NCBI GenBank assembly: GCA_030390025.1
Contig: CM059438.1
Location: 31,372,001 to 31,436,000 of the forward strand
DNA: 64,000 nt
Source: Squalus acanthias
Lineage: Eukaryota
Reading direction: 5' to 3'
Of this stretch, positions 13,263 to 25,562 are shown in pieces; position 1 is the stretch's first letter; every line of letters starts with the position of its first letter. The notes beneath the pieces are model-generated. The model saw nothing but the letters and a program-made list of their open reading frames with translations. It did no database searches and was not told the origin of the DNA. A program made the position numbers and the translations under genes.

Positions 13263-13779
13263 TGACTAACAGAGTAAGCTAGTCACAATGAATCCATCCA
13301 CAATAATAAGAGATGGATGGGGCATTTTAACTGGGAGTGGTTCAGGTGGGTGGGATCAGTGGGGTGCATCAACCTCCACCACCCCCCCCCCCGCCCCCAC
13401 CTTGATGGCATCAATTTGAGGCCCAGCTTATTTTAACTCCCAGGTCTCATTTGTATCCCACCAGCCAGGTCCCCACCCGAAATGCTTTGATTGAGACAGA
13501 TTAAAAATATTTTCTGTTGCACGTTAATATTAATAAATGCAGAATTTAAATATAGTTGTCCAAAAACGATGATTTTTTTTTTAACTGCCACTGTCATAGT
13601 CACTTAAAGGCTATGACTTATAAGAATTCTCAGCATTCGAAAGCTGCTGGCCCCTAATTGGAAATATAGTCAACAATACGGCTGAGTAAATGAGGAGATA
13701 GTTCCTTGTATGATTACACCTATATATTATATGCCTTTGGTCTAGATTGGGAGGTTCAGCTTCATACTTTAAAACTTTA

Positions 13780-13975
13780 TGGGGTTGAATTTCCATGGGA
13801 GTTCTCCCCATCATCTGCCGTGACACCATTTACACTGCTTCTCCGGAGTTTCCTCGGCTCTTCCGCCAAAGTTGTGATGATCAGAAGAACCCCTGTCGGA
13901 ATTCATGGCCTATATATTTAATGGTGTCACAACCAGGCTCTTCAAATTACACAAAGAGTTCCGCCCCGCCCCCAT
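13780..13975. mobile_element. Short MITE remnant
   Basis: GGGGTTGAATTTCC left end, followed by repeated ttccgcc/ctccgg motifs. Confidence 0.45.
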
Positions 13976-14546
13976 AATATTCTCTTCTTTCTCTCTTCCT
14001 CTCGGGAAAGTATTAACTCGTGGTGGAGTGCAGTTCCACAGTGGCCTCAGCCTTCTGGTACCTTACCCAAGTGGCCGGTCTTCCTGGGTGTCCCTGCAGA
14101 GTGCAAGTCAGCAGGCAACACAACTGAGGCATAAATAATCCGACATTTACCTTGAGTAAAGCTCATCAATAGTGCAGCAGAAACAAATTGCGCACTGATA
14201 CAATATTGACCATAAACATGCAGGTGCTTCTTCTTGTGAATGGCTTTGGCATAAAGCCTGATGCAAAGCAGCCAGCTTCTACAAGAAAGCAAAATGCTTT
14301 ATGCCACCTAGTATGGGCCAGGGAATAGTTAATATTCTGTAACCTACTCTTATATCTTCATGTGTTAAACATTTCATTCCTTTATTACCATTTAGATGAC
14401 TTTTATATGTAGAGATAATGAAATAGTCACATTTTTAAAAAGATCTGTCTTCCTAATATTCTTGTTGTGGGCTCTGGCCTTGACATGTACAGTAGTTCTA
14501 CTAATTTTGGAGATGCTACAATTTGAACACATTAAAAAAGAAACAT

Positions 14547-14690
14547 GGGGGTTACCCATGTTACCCACCGGTTTTACACCCGGTCCAATATTAATCTTCA
14601 TTCACTTCAATGGAGAGTAATATCAGGCGGGGTGTGAAACCACCCGATCTCATCAGTTTCCTGATGGGCAGGTTAGGTTAACATTGACCC
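14547..14690. mobile_element. Short hairpin MITE with central CATTxACTTCAATGG; candidate TSD CAT
   Basis: cat|GGGGGTTA ... ATTGACCC|cat. Internal inverted repeat ttttacacccg..atatta / taatat..cggggtgtgaaa. Related cores at ~21370-21490 and 61581-61700. Confidence 0.6.
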
Positions 14691-15470
14691 CATGATTGCA
14701 GAGATAAGAGCAATGTTTATCTGGACCTATCTCCATCCTTCATTATACCAGTATTAAGGGGAAAAATTAGATTGCCCCTCATTTAAACTGCTGCAGGCTC
14801 CATCCCCAAAGACGTGATCATAGCTTATGGATTCAGTGAGTTACATGGACTGAAAATGAATGATGTATAGATTTATATATTTCAGAAAACCCAAATTCTT
14901 TTAATGTCTTTGGTGTCAGGGTTATCATATCTTAACCTATTGACTGTAAGATTGGCTTTACTCCAAACCTATGCATGACATCATGCTATGTCCCATTATT
15001 AGCAAAATATTGGTTGGCTTTATATAAAATTAAGTGTCCACCTCAAAATCTTGGTTTGATAACAGCTTGGGTGCTACAGTTGGCTTCAATATACCTGAGT
15101 TACGGAGGGAATAAATGAACCAGGGTTCTCACAATGAATATAAGTGATCTCTACTGAAAAGTGCATGTATCTAGACATTGAGTGGGGATAGGGATGCTTC
15201 AACCATAGTGTCTGCTGACATTCAGTATGGCCACACAAGACCAATGGCCACTTGGCTGAGGTACCAGAGGGCCACCAGCCACTGTGGAACTCACTCCCGC
15301 AGAGGTTAGTGCTTTCATGTGAGAAAGAGAGAAATAAAGAGAAAATTGGGAGGAAGAATGATTATGTCTCATCTGGGCTGCTTAAAGAACTTCATTAAAT
15401 GTCAAAATTGAATAGTCAGGTAAGTGTGATAAACATTTTGGCAGAATGCAAATATTTTACATGCTATGGC

Positions 15471-15642
15471 CGATGTTCCCTTTGAGGTGCGCGGCCGCAT
15501 GGCCACGCAGCGATCCAGGGGTCCCGTGCAGCCGGAGAGCCAGCTTTTAAATTGAAAAAAACGCACATGCGTAGACCTTTGAATGGGCCACGCAGCCTAT
15601 TAAAGGGGCCACGTGGCCCCCCAAAAATTACAGGGAACATTG
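15471..15642. mobile_element. hAT-type MITE (172 bp) with perfect 8-bp TSD
   Basis: GCTATGGC|CGATGTTCCCT ... AGGGAACATTG|GCTATGGC. TIR 10/11; an 8-bp TSD is typical of hAT elements. Confidence 0.88.
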
Positions 15643-18600
15643 GCTATGGCTGAGATATCCCAATGGTGACTTTACCTCATGTTCAAAATCATGAAGGGTT
15701 TTAATAGAGTAAATCATTCTATGATTCTACTTTGGCAAACTGCTGAATTATTATTTAAGAAACTTCATCGGACTACAGCGTCACTGTAACAAAGCTGGGT
15801 GATGTTCTTAAAATGCAGGTTGCTCAATTTAGGAAGGTCATCCAGAAAATGTTCTTTGATAAATTTTTGTGCTTATCAAGGTGACGGATGTTCTCATTAG
15901 GGAATGAAACATTTCTCTATTTCAGGCGAACGGTGTGAGGATCAGGCCTTCCAGGTCAGATATAACCCAGCCAACTGAAGAATAAAGTTCTCTCTGCTCT
16001 GCTCCAACGATGTACCTTAGGTCGAACCCCAGAAAAGTTTCCCCGACTGCACCAGTGTGAAATCTCCATTTCTTGCACCGGTTGATCTTGTGGCCTCTTT
16101 GAGCAAGATTGCAAATATAGTGCCAGTTAGTGTTAACTAGTGGACAGTTTTGAGCTGTGGTCTCGTGTGCAGTAGGAATTGGGCTGTAACTGCCCAATCT
16201 CATTTCATATGGGACCTTTCCAGCCATCAGAAGGCGAAGACCTTCATCCCTTCATTCCATGGACAGATTGGGAGTGTAATGCCTTTGAAAAAACACTCAC
16301 ACTTTTTGTTTTGTTAGTAATAAATAGTTCTCCAGTTTTTTTTTTCCATTAGTGAGCCTCCCCAAATTGTTTAAGATTTTTATCTTCCATTTACTTCTGC
16401 AAACTCCTTGCTTGCCATTGGCATTGCAATCGTCAAGTTTTTCCATTACCCTTTGCAACCTGTGACAGGAAAGGATGTGTTTCTAAAAAATGAGATTGAC
16501 ACTAGACCAGCTGTAAAAGTGCTTTCTTTTCCTGGAAAATAAAATCTCATCATTTTATGTGACCCAAAGAGAATGATTTACTGACAAAATAATGTTCTCT
16601 TTTACAGCTATAATACTTCCATATATAATTAGAACGTTTTTATAAGCCATTAATTCACTCAGCGGAGGGGGAAATCTCTCAGGAGCCAACAGGTTATACT
16701 TTTATATGTAAACTTGTAACTATTCGCTCTTGAAAAGTTCCCCCTTTGCCAAGTGGATTGTTCCAGTTGGCAGTTGCTGTTAGATTATGCAGGCCACAGC
16801 TGCTTGATGGTCCGATCAACTGGCAGCTATCAACAATTAAATATTGTCTTTCTGTGCAAGTAAACATCACACTTGATTGGCCAGGGGTGACGTGATGTTA
16901 TTTGGTTTTATTTATTTGAAAACCTCTTAAAACAAGCTTGGCCCTATTTAGTCCCAACGGCCAATTTTCAAAGGTCCCTGGCAGGAACACAAACGACACT
17001 GAGAACGCCACAGAATAAGCATTCTCTGTGAGTGCATTTTTAGTCATTTAAAAGATAACGGTGAACTGCTCTATTAAAAGACTGAACTGAAGAAGGCAGA
17101 GATTTTTTACCTCAAAAGGAGTAGAACTGCAAAGCTGAGAATCTTGAGAGGGAAACTTAACATTTGCCAAAATTGTTGCAGGGATTGTATTGGACAACTT
17201 TATTCTGTGATCATTTGTAACGGAAATTTAATTTTCTTATTGGAATGATGATTCCAGCAAATATTCATAGAAGTTTAAATTCACTCTGTTAATGTCTATA
17301 TTGTCATTACATTTGCAGCTGTTCATTAAAATGTTAGAAATTATTCAGGTCTTCTTGGGTTACCTTCTGTCATAAGAATACATAGAAATTGAGCATTTTC
17401 TTTTCAAAATACGTATATGGAAAAATGATGAGTTATGTTTTGTTTCATAATGCATCATGGCCTTATAGTTGCATGATGTGCCACTATATAGTGCCAGTTT
17501 TTATACCATGCATGGCTGAAGTCCTGAGATGTTACACACCATACAGTGTGAAAAATTATAAATACGATGGAAAGCAGAGATAAAACATACACATTATCCT
17601 ACTAATGATTAAATAATTGTTGCAATTTATCACACGAGTCAGCAAACCTTATTGCATTAACAACTAGAATTACCTAGTTGTGAAACAGGGAAAAAAACTA
17701 TGTTTAGATGATAAATTCATTCCCTTTCTGGGTGAGATACGTAAAATATTTGGGTATGATTTTCAATGCTCTCCAAATTTTTCTTCTCCAGTCAGTGTTT
17801 AAATTACATTCCCATTTTGCTGCACAATCTGGCCAAATCTGAAGCACGATCTCACCCACTCCCTTCCCATTTTCCGAGCTGTGTTGCTCTTGTTTTCTTT
17901 GCATCGTGCGCCACTTGCCAGTTGAAAGGGTGCATGAGTGACTGGCTTCCAAGATTCTGCCAGGGGTGTTGTTTTCACCATCAGACAAATGGTGTCATTT
18001 GGGGGAAAGGGGGGTGGCGGAGGGGGGGGAGGGGGAACAGAGAAAGAGGCATCAGTTTTTACAAATAGGACCATTCCGAGCACAGTTTTAGTGTTCTTGT
18101 TATCGCCCTGGATCATTGATCTTGGTATTGAAGAGAGAAAGGGACTTCTTTTTACCCTTTAAGAGAGGTGCAGCCTACAAAAACTTTTCAAAATTACATT
18201 TGTCAGGATATACAATCTGGGCAAGGGATTGGAAAATACAATCTGGGCAAAGTATTAGATTCATTACTGCCTATTCCTCATGGTGCTGTAAAATTAAGCA
18301 TAATGATTTTATTGTGGAAGTGTGAGGAAAGCTGTATTACTCATTTATCTGAATTTTGTAATGGTTGTATTAACTGGGGGTAAGTACTTACACTGCACTG
18401 TTAACACTTCACAGCATACACATATAAAAATCAAGTCCTTTCTGTGTTAAAATATTTCCAAATTATTTCTAATGTGGAATATATCAATTTGACTGGATCA
18501 AAAGTGGTGGGGAGAAAAAATGATGTGTTTTGAATACTTAAACAGATGGAAGCCCAGAGGACAAAATTTAATTTAGTTCAACCTTAGGGTGAAGAATGGG

Positions 18601-20265
18601 ATCCTGGTTGTTTATTGAGATTTGTTCCCCTAATCACTTCACTTCTAGTAGAATGACTAACGCTCATTTTCGATGTTAATTCACTGATTTTTTTTTTATA
18701 AGCATTATTCAGTTTGTTACTAGATTTATAAATCTTCTCAATGTTAAACATGAATACTTTAGTCTGATTTTGATGCACTACAAAAAATGACAAACTGATT
18801 CTAATGAATATATTTTATTTCCACCTATGTTTAGATGAACCCAGTGATTTATGGCATGAAAGCACAGTAAAACTGTACTGGCCTCAGTGCATGGTGGATT
18901 TATATCCGAACTAATAATTGAAGTCATGGCTTGTTAATATAGTGGCACAAAACCACTGGCATCAAACACTGTTTTAGTCTAATTTCATATGGCAAATACG
19001 AGCAGAAGTCTAGGGTTAATAGTTTCATGTTCAATCATAGCTTGTAAGATTCAAGGTGAAAAGTTGAGAATGCTGTAGTGAATCCGGGCTTTGCTTCAGC
19101 ATCTGGAATAGTAATGTAGCAACAGCTGAGCTGTTGCAATCCAAATACTGCATAATAAGCGGACAATTTGTTGGAAGTAGGAAAGATGCACGACACCAGA
19201 TAATACATGTCCCTGAATTTAATCCTTCTTGTAAAATAAGGAAGGAAGTTGTGTTCTGGATAGTGAGATGTGAGAGTAAGATTCAATGACTGTGGTATCA
19301 ATTAAAGCTGGACAGACCCAAACAATTGCATTTTTTGGGCTAATCGTATTTGCCAATCTGGCACTAGAGAAAAAAAAAGATTGATGTTTCGTTGTGTGCT
19401 ACGTACACTGCTGCCTGTCGATCACGATTTAACTTGTACAGCATGTGGTGAGACTGAAGCCAAGCACCGGTCATACATCCTAGATTTCTTTTGTAATTCC
19501 TGCTGGCAGGCGAAAGCGGGAATGTAGAGCCTTCAGTTTTCAAAGAAACGCTAAAGTGCAATTGCAAAAGATCCAGTGTCATTCGAAAGCCTTTATGGAA
19601 TATTTAAGTGGCATTTATTTAGTGGTTGCTTATTTTTAGATAATCGTGATCTCAATGTTTAGTAATGATTTTAAACATAAGCGACTTCACAGCTACTGTC
19701 AGTTATAGTTCCACCATATCGATGTGGGCAAGCCAGTAAGACACTTCAGTTCTGATCACGCGATTGTAGTTTAATTTACCATGCATTCTAGATTAACTGA
19801 AGGCCATAGTTAAGTAAGAATTAAAAAACCATTTTTTCAAAGGTTTATAACATAAACTTCCCAGCGATATATTCCAGCTCCCCTCTAACAGCTCATGGTT
19901 TTGTAGGATTTCCTGTTTGATGTGGAGATGAATACCTGGAAGTGATTACAAAGCAGTAGGTCTAATCAAGGGATTAACGTAATGTTGTAAATTGCAAAAG
20001 TGGTTTTATAATCACCTTCTGAACCCTGAGATTAGATTACAGCTTTGAAATTCATCCCAGGTATTACTTAGTGTTTATAATGTAGGTGTACTGTTTCCAT
20101 TTAGGATGAACGCTTTATTGAGTTTTGTGTCTGTTTTAAGCAGGCAATGAATTAGCTCTCGGTGCTGATAGCAAGTCAATGTACTCCATGTTGTTGAAGC
20201 GCAATGATGTTAACACAAAGGGATTAATAATTGTTCAATCATGACTGCAAGTTCTCAAATTTACA

Positions 20266-20574
20266 GAGTCAGTCATGGCTCAGTTGGCAGCACTCTCGCC
20301 GTGAGTCAAAAGGTTGTGGGTTCAAGTCCCACTCCAGAGCAGGGGAGCTGTCCCTGGTGTCCTGGCCAATATTTATCCCTCAATCAACATCGCTAAAACA
20401 GATTATCTGATCATTATCACATTGCTGTTTGTGGGAGCTTGCTGTGTGCAAATTGGCTGCCGCGTTTCCCACATTACAACAGTGACTACACTTCAAAAGT
20501 GCTTCATTGGCTGTAAAGCGCTTTGGGACGTCCTGAGGTTGTGAAAGGTGCAGTATAAATGCAAGTCTTTTTTT
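20266..20574 (+). mobile_element. tRNA-headed Deu-domain SINE (SacSINE1-like), internally deleted
   Basis: Box A tggctcagttgg, box B ggttcaagtccc, then a jump to agagcagggg; 3' tail ...tataaatgcaagtcttt. Confidence 0.9.
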
Positions 20575-21920
20575 ACAGTAGACTGCTGGAAAACTGTATG
20601 CCTGATGTGTATGACTGATCAAACTAAATGTAATTAAAGGTTTTGTAAGTAGTGCATGCTTGACATATCCAGAGGGCATGGTGAAGTGTTCATGGAGAGC
20701 TAATTGAATCAAAGTAAACCAATTAAAAACAAAATGCTTTGAATTTTACGATCTATAAAAAGATATTCTCATTCAGTAAAATACAACCAATAAAATCCCT
20801 CAAAAATCTTGGATTTTTGGAGATATAGCTTCCCCTGTCTTCATCCTTTCATTTGATATTTTTACGAGTCCTACCATTCTAAATTTTACTCCCAGAGCAC
20901 ACCTTCTCCCCTCCTATCATTCTTAGTTACTAACTGTTGCTCTGAGAGACTGCAAGTTGGGTGCTGCTCCATTAACAGGGCTGGGATATTTTATCCAGGG
21001 CTTCCCCCATGAGCCTTTGGGAGTTCAGGGCCTACCTTCATAATTTGCATGTACATGTGCCTGTGCGGGATTTTTCAGTATCTGTGATGTATACAGTTTG
21101 TGCCTCTTGGTGACAGTTTTTATGGCATTTACGCATATGCCTGACTGCGTGCCCCGGCCCAAGATTTATTATTTGTTTCCTTGCAACCAGTCTCAGTGCT
21201 ATCACTCACCGGCCCACATTCACTCCTTACCCACTGAATATGATTCAGGTCTTGATGATGCCTCACAGTTACCTTCCACAAGAGAAAGCTAAAAATTGCT
21301 GTACCCACAAGAAAGCACTGCCGACTATACCCGGCTCTGAGCTTTGACAGCACATTGCAGCAACAGTTCAACTAGGATCTCATCATTCAGTAAGTTACTC
21401 CCAAACTGAAATCAATGGAAATAAAAATCAAGAGTGCTGATCTGATATCGTCTGTTTTACACTAGCGCGCAAAGTCTAAATGACCTCCCCTCAATTTACA
21501 TTTAATAGATGTAAAATCACAGGCTGGGGGTTCATGATTTCTTCCTGCACACTATTGGCATGCACTGAAGCAGGAAATCTCCCCTTAAATGTTTTGTATC
21601 AGTCTAACATTATCTATAGGGCATGGGATAGTGTTCAAACCGCAAAGATTAAAATATGTTAATCGACTCAAATTTTTCTATTTACTAAAAACTAACGTAC
21701 CAAACACTACAAATAAAATTAATCAAGCCCTGCCAAAATCATATATTAAAACTTGCTTTAACTGCCTTGACAGTTCCTTATCCATCCTACCATACATATT
21801 TCTAAAAATACAGTTACAGGAAGAAAGACCCTTTTTGTCTGTGGGAAACAACATGAGAAATCAGCTGGTATGTAATAAAGCATGCATGTTTTTCATAATC
21901 CTTGTGCCTTTACAATTATA

Positions 21921-22161
21921 GGGAAGAAGCCTTTACAGTTTGTGTATATGGGAATCGGCCTATATAGTTCTTATTTACGGGAAAAAGCCTATATAATTCT
22001 TATATATGGGAATAGGCCTATATAGTTCTTGTAAAAGGGGTATAAGCCTTTATAGTTTTATAAATGGGAATAAGCCTTTACAGTTCTTATATATGGGAAT
22101 AGGCCTATATAGTTTTTTTTATATATATATGGGGTATAAGTCTTTATAGTTCTTCTATATG
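21921..22161. repeat. Minisatellite, ~29-bp unit, ~8 copies
   Basis: Consensus GGGAATA(A/G)GCCT(A/T)TATAGTTCTTATATAT in tandem. Confidence 0.9.
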
Positions 22162-22807
22162 ATTATGATTGGATATAAGAGGCTGTTACATGAAATTATT
22201 ATTGTAGCGCAAAATGTATTGGCAGTAATTTGATTCATTCCATCTTCAGATTCTCATTTTCCTCAGAATCAACACACTCAATTGTTTTTAGTGCTTTGGG
22301 AATCGTGCCAGTTTTTTTTACTGAGAATCTTCAAAAACTTTGATATGTTGTAACTGCTCCAAGTGGGACCTTGGACCTGACTTAATAATCTAATGGTTGG
22401 CTTCAGAAGTGTTCTTACATTTAAAAAGTGATGCAGTTCAACCATTTTTAGGCTGTCAAATTAATCATTGAATGTCCCAGCCTTCCTTATACTCTCCAGG
22501 TTGAGCTCTGATGATGTTTTGCAATTAGCAGTAAACAAGTGTGGGAATATTAACAATTTCCTATATTTATATTGTTCATGCTTTATGTTATATGATGTTC
22601 GCTGGATTACATGGTAATCTCCTGCTGGAAAGAAGGGAGGCGCTACAGTATCAGAAGCAAAATGCTGTGCATAGTCAGCTAACCCACCACTCTCATCTCT
22701 GTTAGCCTTTCACTTACACCGCACTACCCCACAACTACTATCTCCCTGCTATAAACTGTTAAAACAAAACTACAGATGGTAGGCAATTATCTGAAAGTAA
22801 TGTTGAT

Positions 22808-23308
22808 GGGGTGAGATACTATAGAGGCACTAGAAAAGGTGCAAAGAAGATTTCTTAAGATGATATCAGAACTGAGCAGTTATAACTATCAGAAAAGATT
22901 GAACAGGCTGGGGCTCTTTTCTCTAGAAAAGAGAAGACTGAGGGGTGACCTGATAGAGGTCTTCAAGATTATGTAAGTGTTTGATAAGGTAGACGTAGAG
23001 AAGATGTTTGCACTTGCGGGGGAGACCAGAATTAGGGGTCATAAATATTAGATAGTGACTAATAAATCCAATAGGGAATTCTAGAGAAACTTCTTTACCC
23101 AGAGAGTGGAACTCGCTACCGCAAGGAATAGTTGAGGTGACTAGCATAGTTTAAGGGGATGCTAGATAAACACATGAGAGAGAAAGGAATAGAAGGATAT
23201 GTTGATGGGGTTAGATGAAGTAGGGTGGAAGGAGGCTTGTGTGGCGCATAAACACCAGCATAGACCTGTTGGCCTGAATGGCCTGTTGCTGTGCTGTAAA
23301 ATTCTATG
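22808..23308 (+). mobile_element. CR1 LINE 3' end
   Basis: LEKVQRRF..LGLFSLEKRRLRGDLIEVFKIM pattern; 3' UTR ends ctgtaaaattctatg. Confidence 0.92.
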
Positions 23309-24425
23309 AAATATTAAGGGGTTTAGCATCTTTGAAAGTAGATAAATCGCCAGGCCCGGATGAAATGTATCCCAGGCTGTTAAGAGAAGCAAGGGAGGAA
23401 ATAGCGGAGGCTCTGACCATCATTTTCCAATCCTCTCTGACTACAGGTGTGTTGCTGGAGGACTGCTAACATTGTACCGTTGTTTAAAAAGGGAGATGGG
23501 GATAGACCGAGTAATTACAGGCCAGTCAGCCTAACCTTGGGGGTGGGCAAATTATTGGAAATAATTCTGAGGGACAGTATTAATCGTGATTTAGAAAGGC
23601 ACAGATTAATCAAGGACAGTCTGACTAACTTGATTGAATTTTTTGAGAAGGTAACGCATTTGATGCAGTTTACATGGATTTTAGCAAGGCTTTTGACAAA
23701 GTCCCAAATGGCAGACTGGTCAGAAAAGTAAAAGCCCATGGGGGCCAAGGGTAAGTGGCAAGTTGGATCCAAAATTGGCTCAGTGGCAGGAAGCAAAGGG
23801 TAATGGTCAACGGGTGTTTTTGTGACTGGAAGGCTGTTTCCAGTGGGGTTCTGCAGGGCTCACTACTAGATCCCTGCTTTTTGTGGTATATATCAATGAT
23901 TTAGACTTCAATGTAGGGGGCATGATTAAGAAGTTTGCAGATGATACAAAAATTGGCCATGTGGCTGATAGTGAGGAAGAAATCTGCAAGAAGATATCAA
24001 TGGACTGGTCAGGTGGGCAGAAAAGTAGCAAATGGAATTCAATCCGGAGAAGTGTGAGGTAATGCATTTGGGGAGGGCTAACAAGGCAAGGGAATACACA
24101 TCGTGTCTGTGTCGGGAGAGAGGTCAATAACCAGGGTGCATAGATTTAAAGTAATTGGTAGAAGGATTTGAAGGGAGTTGAGGAGAAATGTTTTCACCCA
24201 GAGGGTGGTGGGGGTCTGGAACTCACTACCTGAAAGGGTGGTAGAGGCAGAACCCCACATCACATTTAAAAAGTACTTGGATATGCACTTGAAGTGTTGT
24301 AACCTACAAGGCTATGGACCAAGAGCTGGAAAGTGGGATTAGGCTGGATAGCTCTTTTTCGTCCGGCACAGATATGATGGGCCGAATGGCCTCCTTCTGT
24401 GCTGTAAACTTCTATGATTCTATGA
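23309..24425 (+). mobile_element. CR1 LINE ORF2 (RT domain) fragment to the 3' tail, decayed
   Basis: KSPGPDEMYPRLL, NIVPLFKKG..NYRPVSLT, MDFSKAFDKVP, YINDLD, KFADDTK motifs with stops and frameshifts; tail ttctatgattctatga. Confidence 0.95.
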
Positions 24426-25093
24426 TGAAAGTAAACAGTAACATATATCATGTACAAAAAATAACAAATGACAATCTCTTTGTTTTTGTTAAAATTAATT
24501 AAACATTAAAGACTAGCAGCTACTGTTGGCAATAATAGTGGACGAAAATTTAACACATTTATCTGACATTTCTCTGTCTGCTATTTTAAAGGCTGTATTA
24601 ACCTATTTGAAATAGTAGACAGAGGAATGTCATACAAATGCTGTTATCATTAACAGTAATAACTGTAACAATGGCGTAACCGGACTTCCTCAGGATTCGA
24701 CATTTATGCGCCTAACTCCATCCAAATTCCATGGGACAGTCTATTTAAATAAAGCAGGCAAGTAGCTGCTGGGGAAGAGTGCTGGCAGGTTTGGCTGAAG
24801 AAATGGGACAAAGGGCCTCTTTTGCAGTAACGTTGTCTTCCTCATAGCAGCCATATAACAGCTGATCATCTTGTGATCAGCTACTGTAAGGAAACCAGCC
24901 TTTGATAGGCCTCACTTCTACCGGCTTAAAGTACCATATGCCTGCTTCACACAGGTGTATGGCACGTTGGGGGCACCAGAGGCGGGACTAGAGGGAGTCC
25001 TGGCAGGTGACGTCATCCCGCCATTCCTGCCTCTTTTTGATGTCCGTTTCAAAGAGTCTGGCGCAAGAAGCATCTGCCCCCCTCTGTCTCACA

Positions 25094-25562
25094 GTGTCAG
25101 CCGTGGCCCAGTGTGCAGCACTCTCCCCTCTGAGTCAGAAGGTTGTGGGTTCAAGTCCCACTCCAGGGACTCGAGCACAAAAATCTAGGCTGACACTCCA
25201 GTGCAATGCTGAGGGATTGCTGCACTGTCGGAGGTGCTGTCTTTCGATGAGACATTAAACCGAGGTCCCATCTGCTCTCTCAGGTGGACATAAAAGAACC
25301 CATGGCACTATTTCGAAGAAGAGCAGGGGAGTTATTCCCTGGTGTCCTGGCCAATATTTATCCCTCAATCAACATAACAGAAACAGATTATCTGGTCATT
25401 ATCACATTGCTGTTTGTGGGAGCTTGCTGTGCACAAAATTGGCTGCCGCGTTTCCTACATTACAACAGTGACTACACTCCAAAAGTACTTCATTGGCTGT
25501 AAAGTCCTTTAGACGTCCGGTGGTCATGAAAGGCGCTATATAAATGCAAGTCTTTCTTTTTC
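25094..25562 (+). mobile_element. Full-length Deu-domain SINE
   Basis: tRNA-like head with box B ggttcaagtccc; Deu domain (gctgcactgtcggaggtg..aaaccgagg..cccatggcactatttcgaagaagagcagggg); tail aaggcgctatataaatgcaag(tctt)n. Confidence 0.93.

Noticed and set aside
17389-17583. ORF containing LFHNAS, resembling the INPP5A HLFHDAS motif of the preceding exon
   Set aside because: Flanking residues do not match INPP5A and no fitting splice sites were found; the true upstream exon seems to lie outside the window.
18001-18035. G-rich tracts (also ~3175-3210, ~25950-25978, ~39195-39218)
   Set aside because: Possible G-quadruplexes, but simple low-complexity runs with no supporting context.
21921-22161. 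CRISPR-like periodic array
   Set aside because: Units are contiguous with no unique spacers; eukaryotic context and no cas genes.
25094-25170. tRNA-like sequences with box A/B (also 20266, 37443, 48450, 36590)
   Set aside because: They are SINE heads or head fragments, mostly continuous with the Deu domain; no complete cloverleaf.
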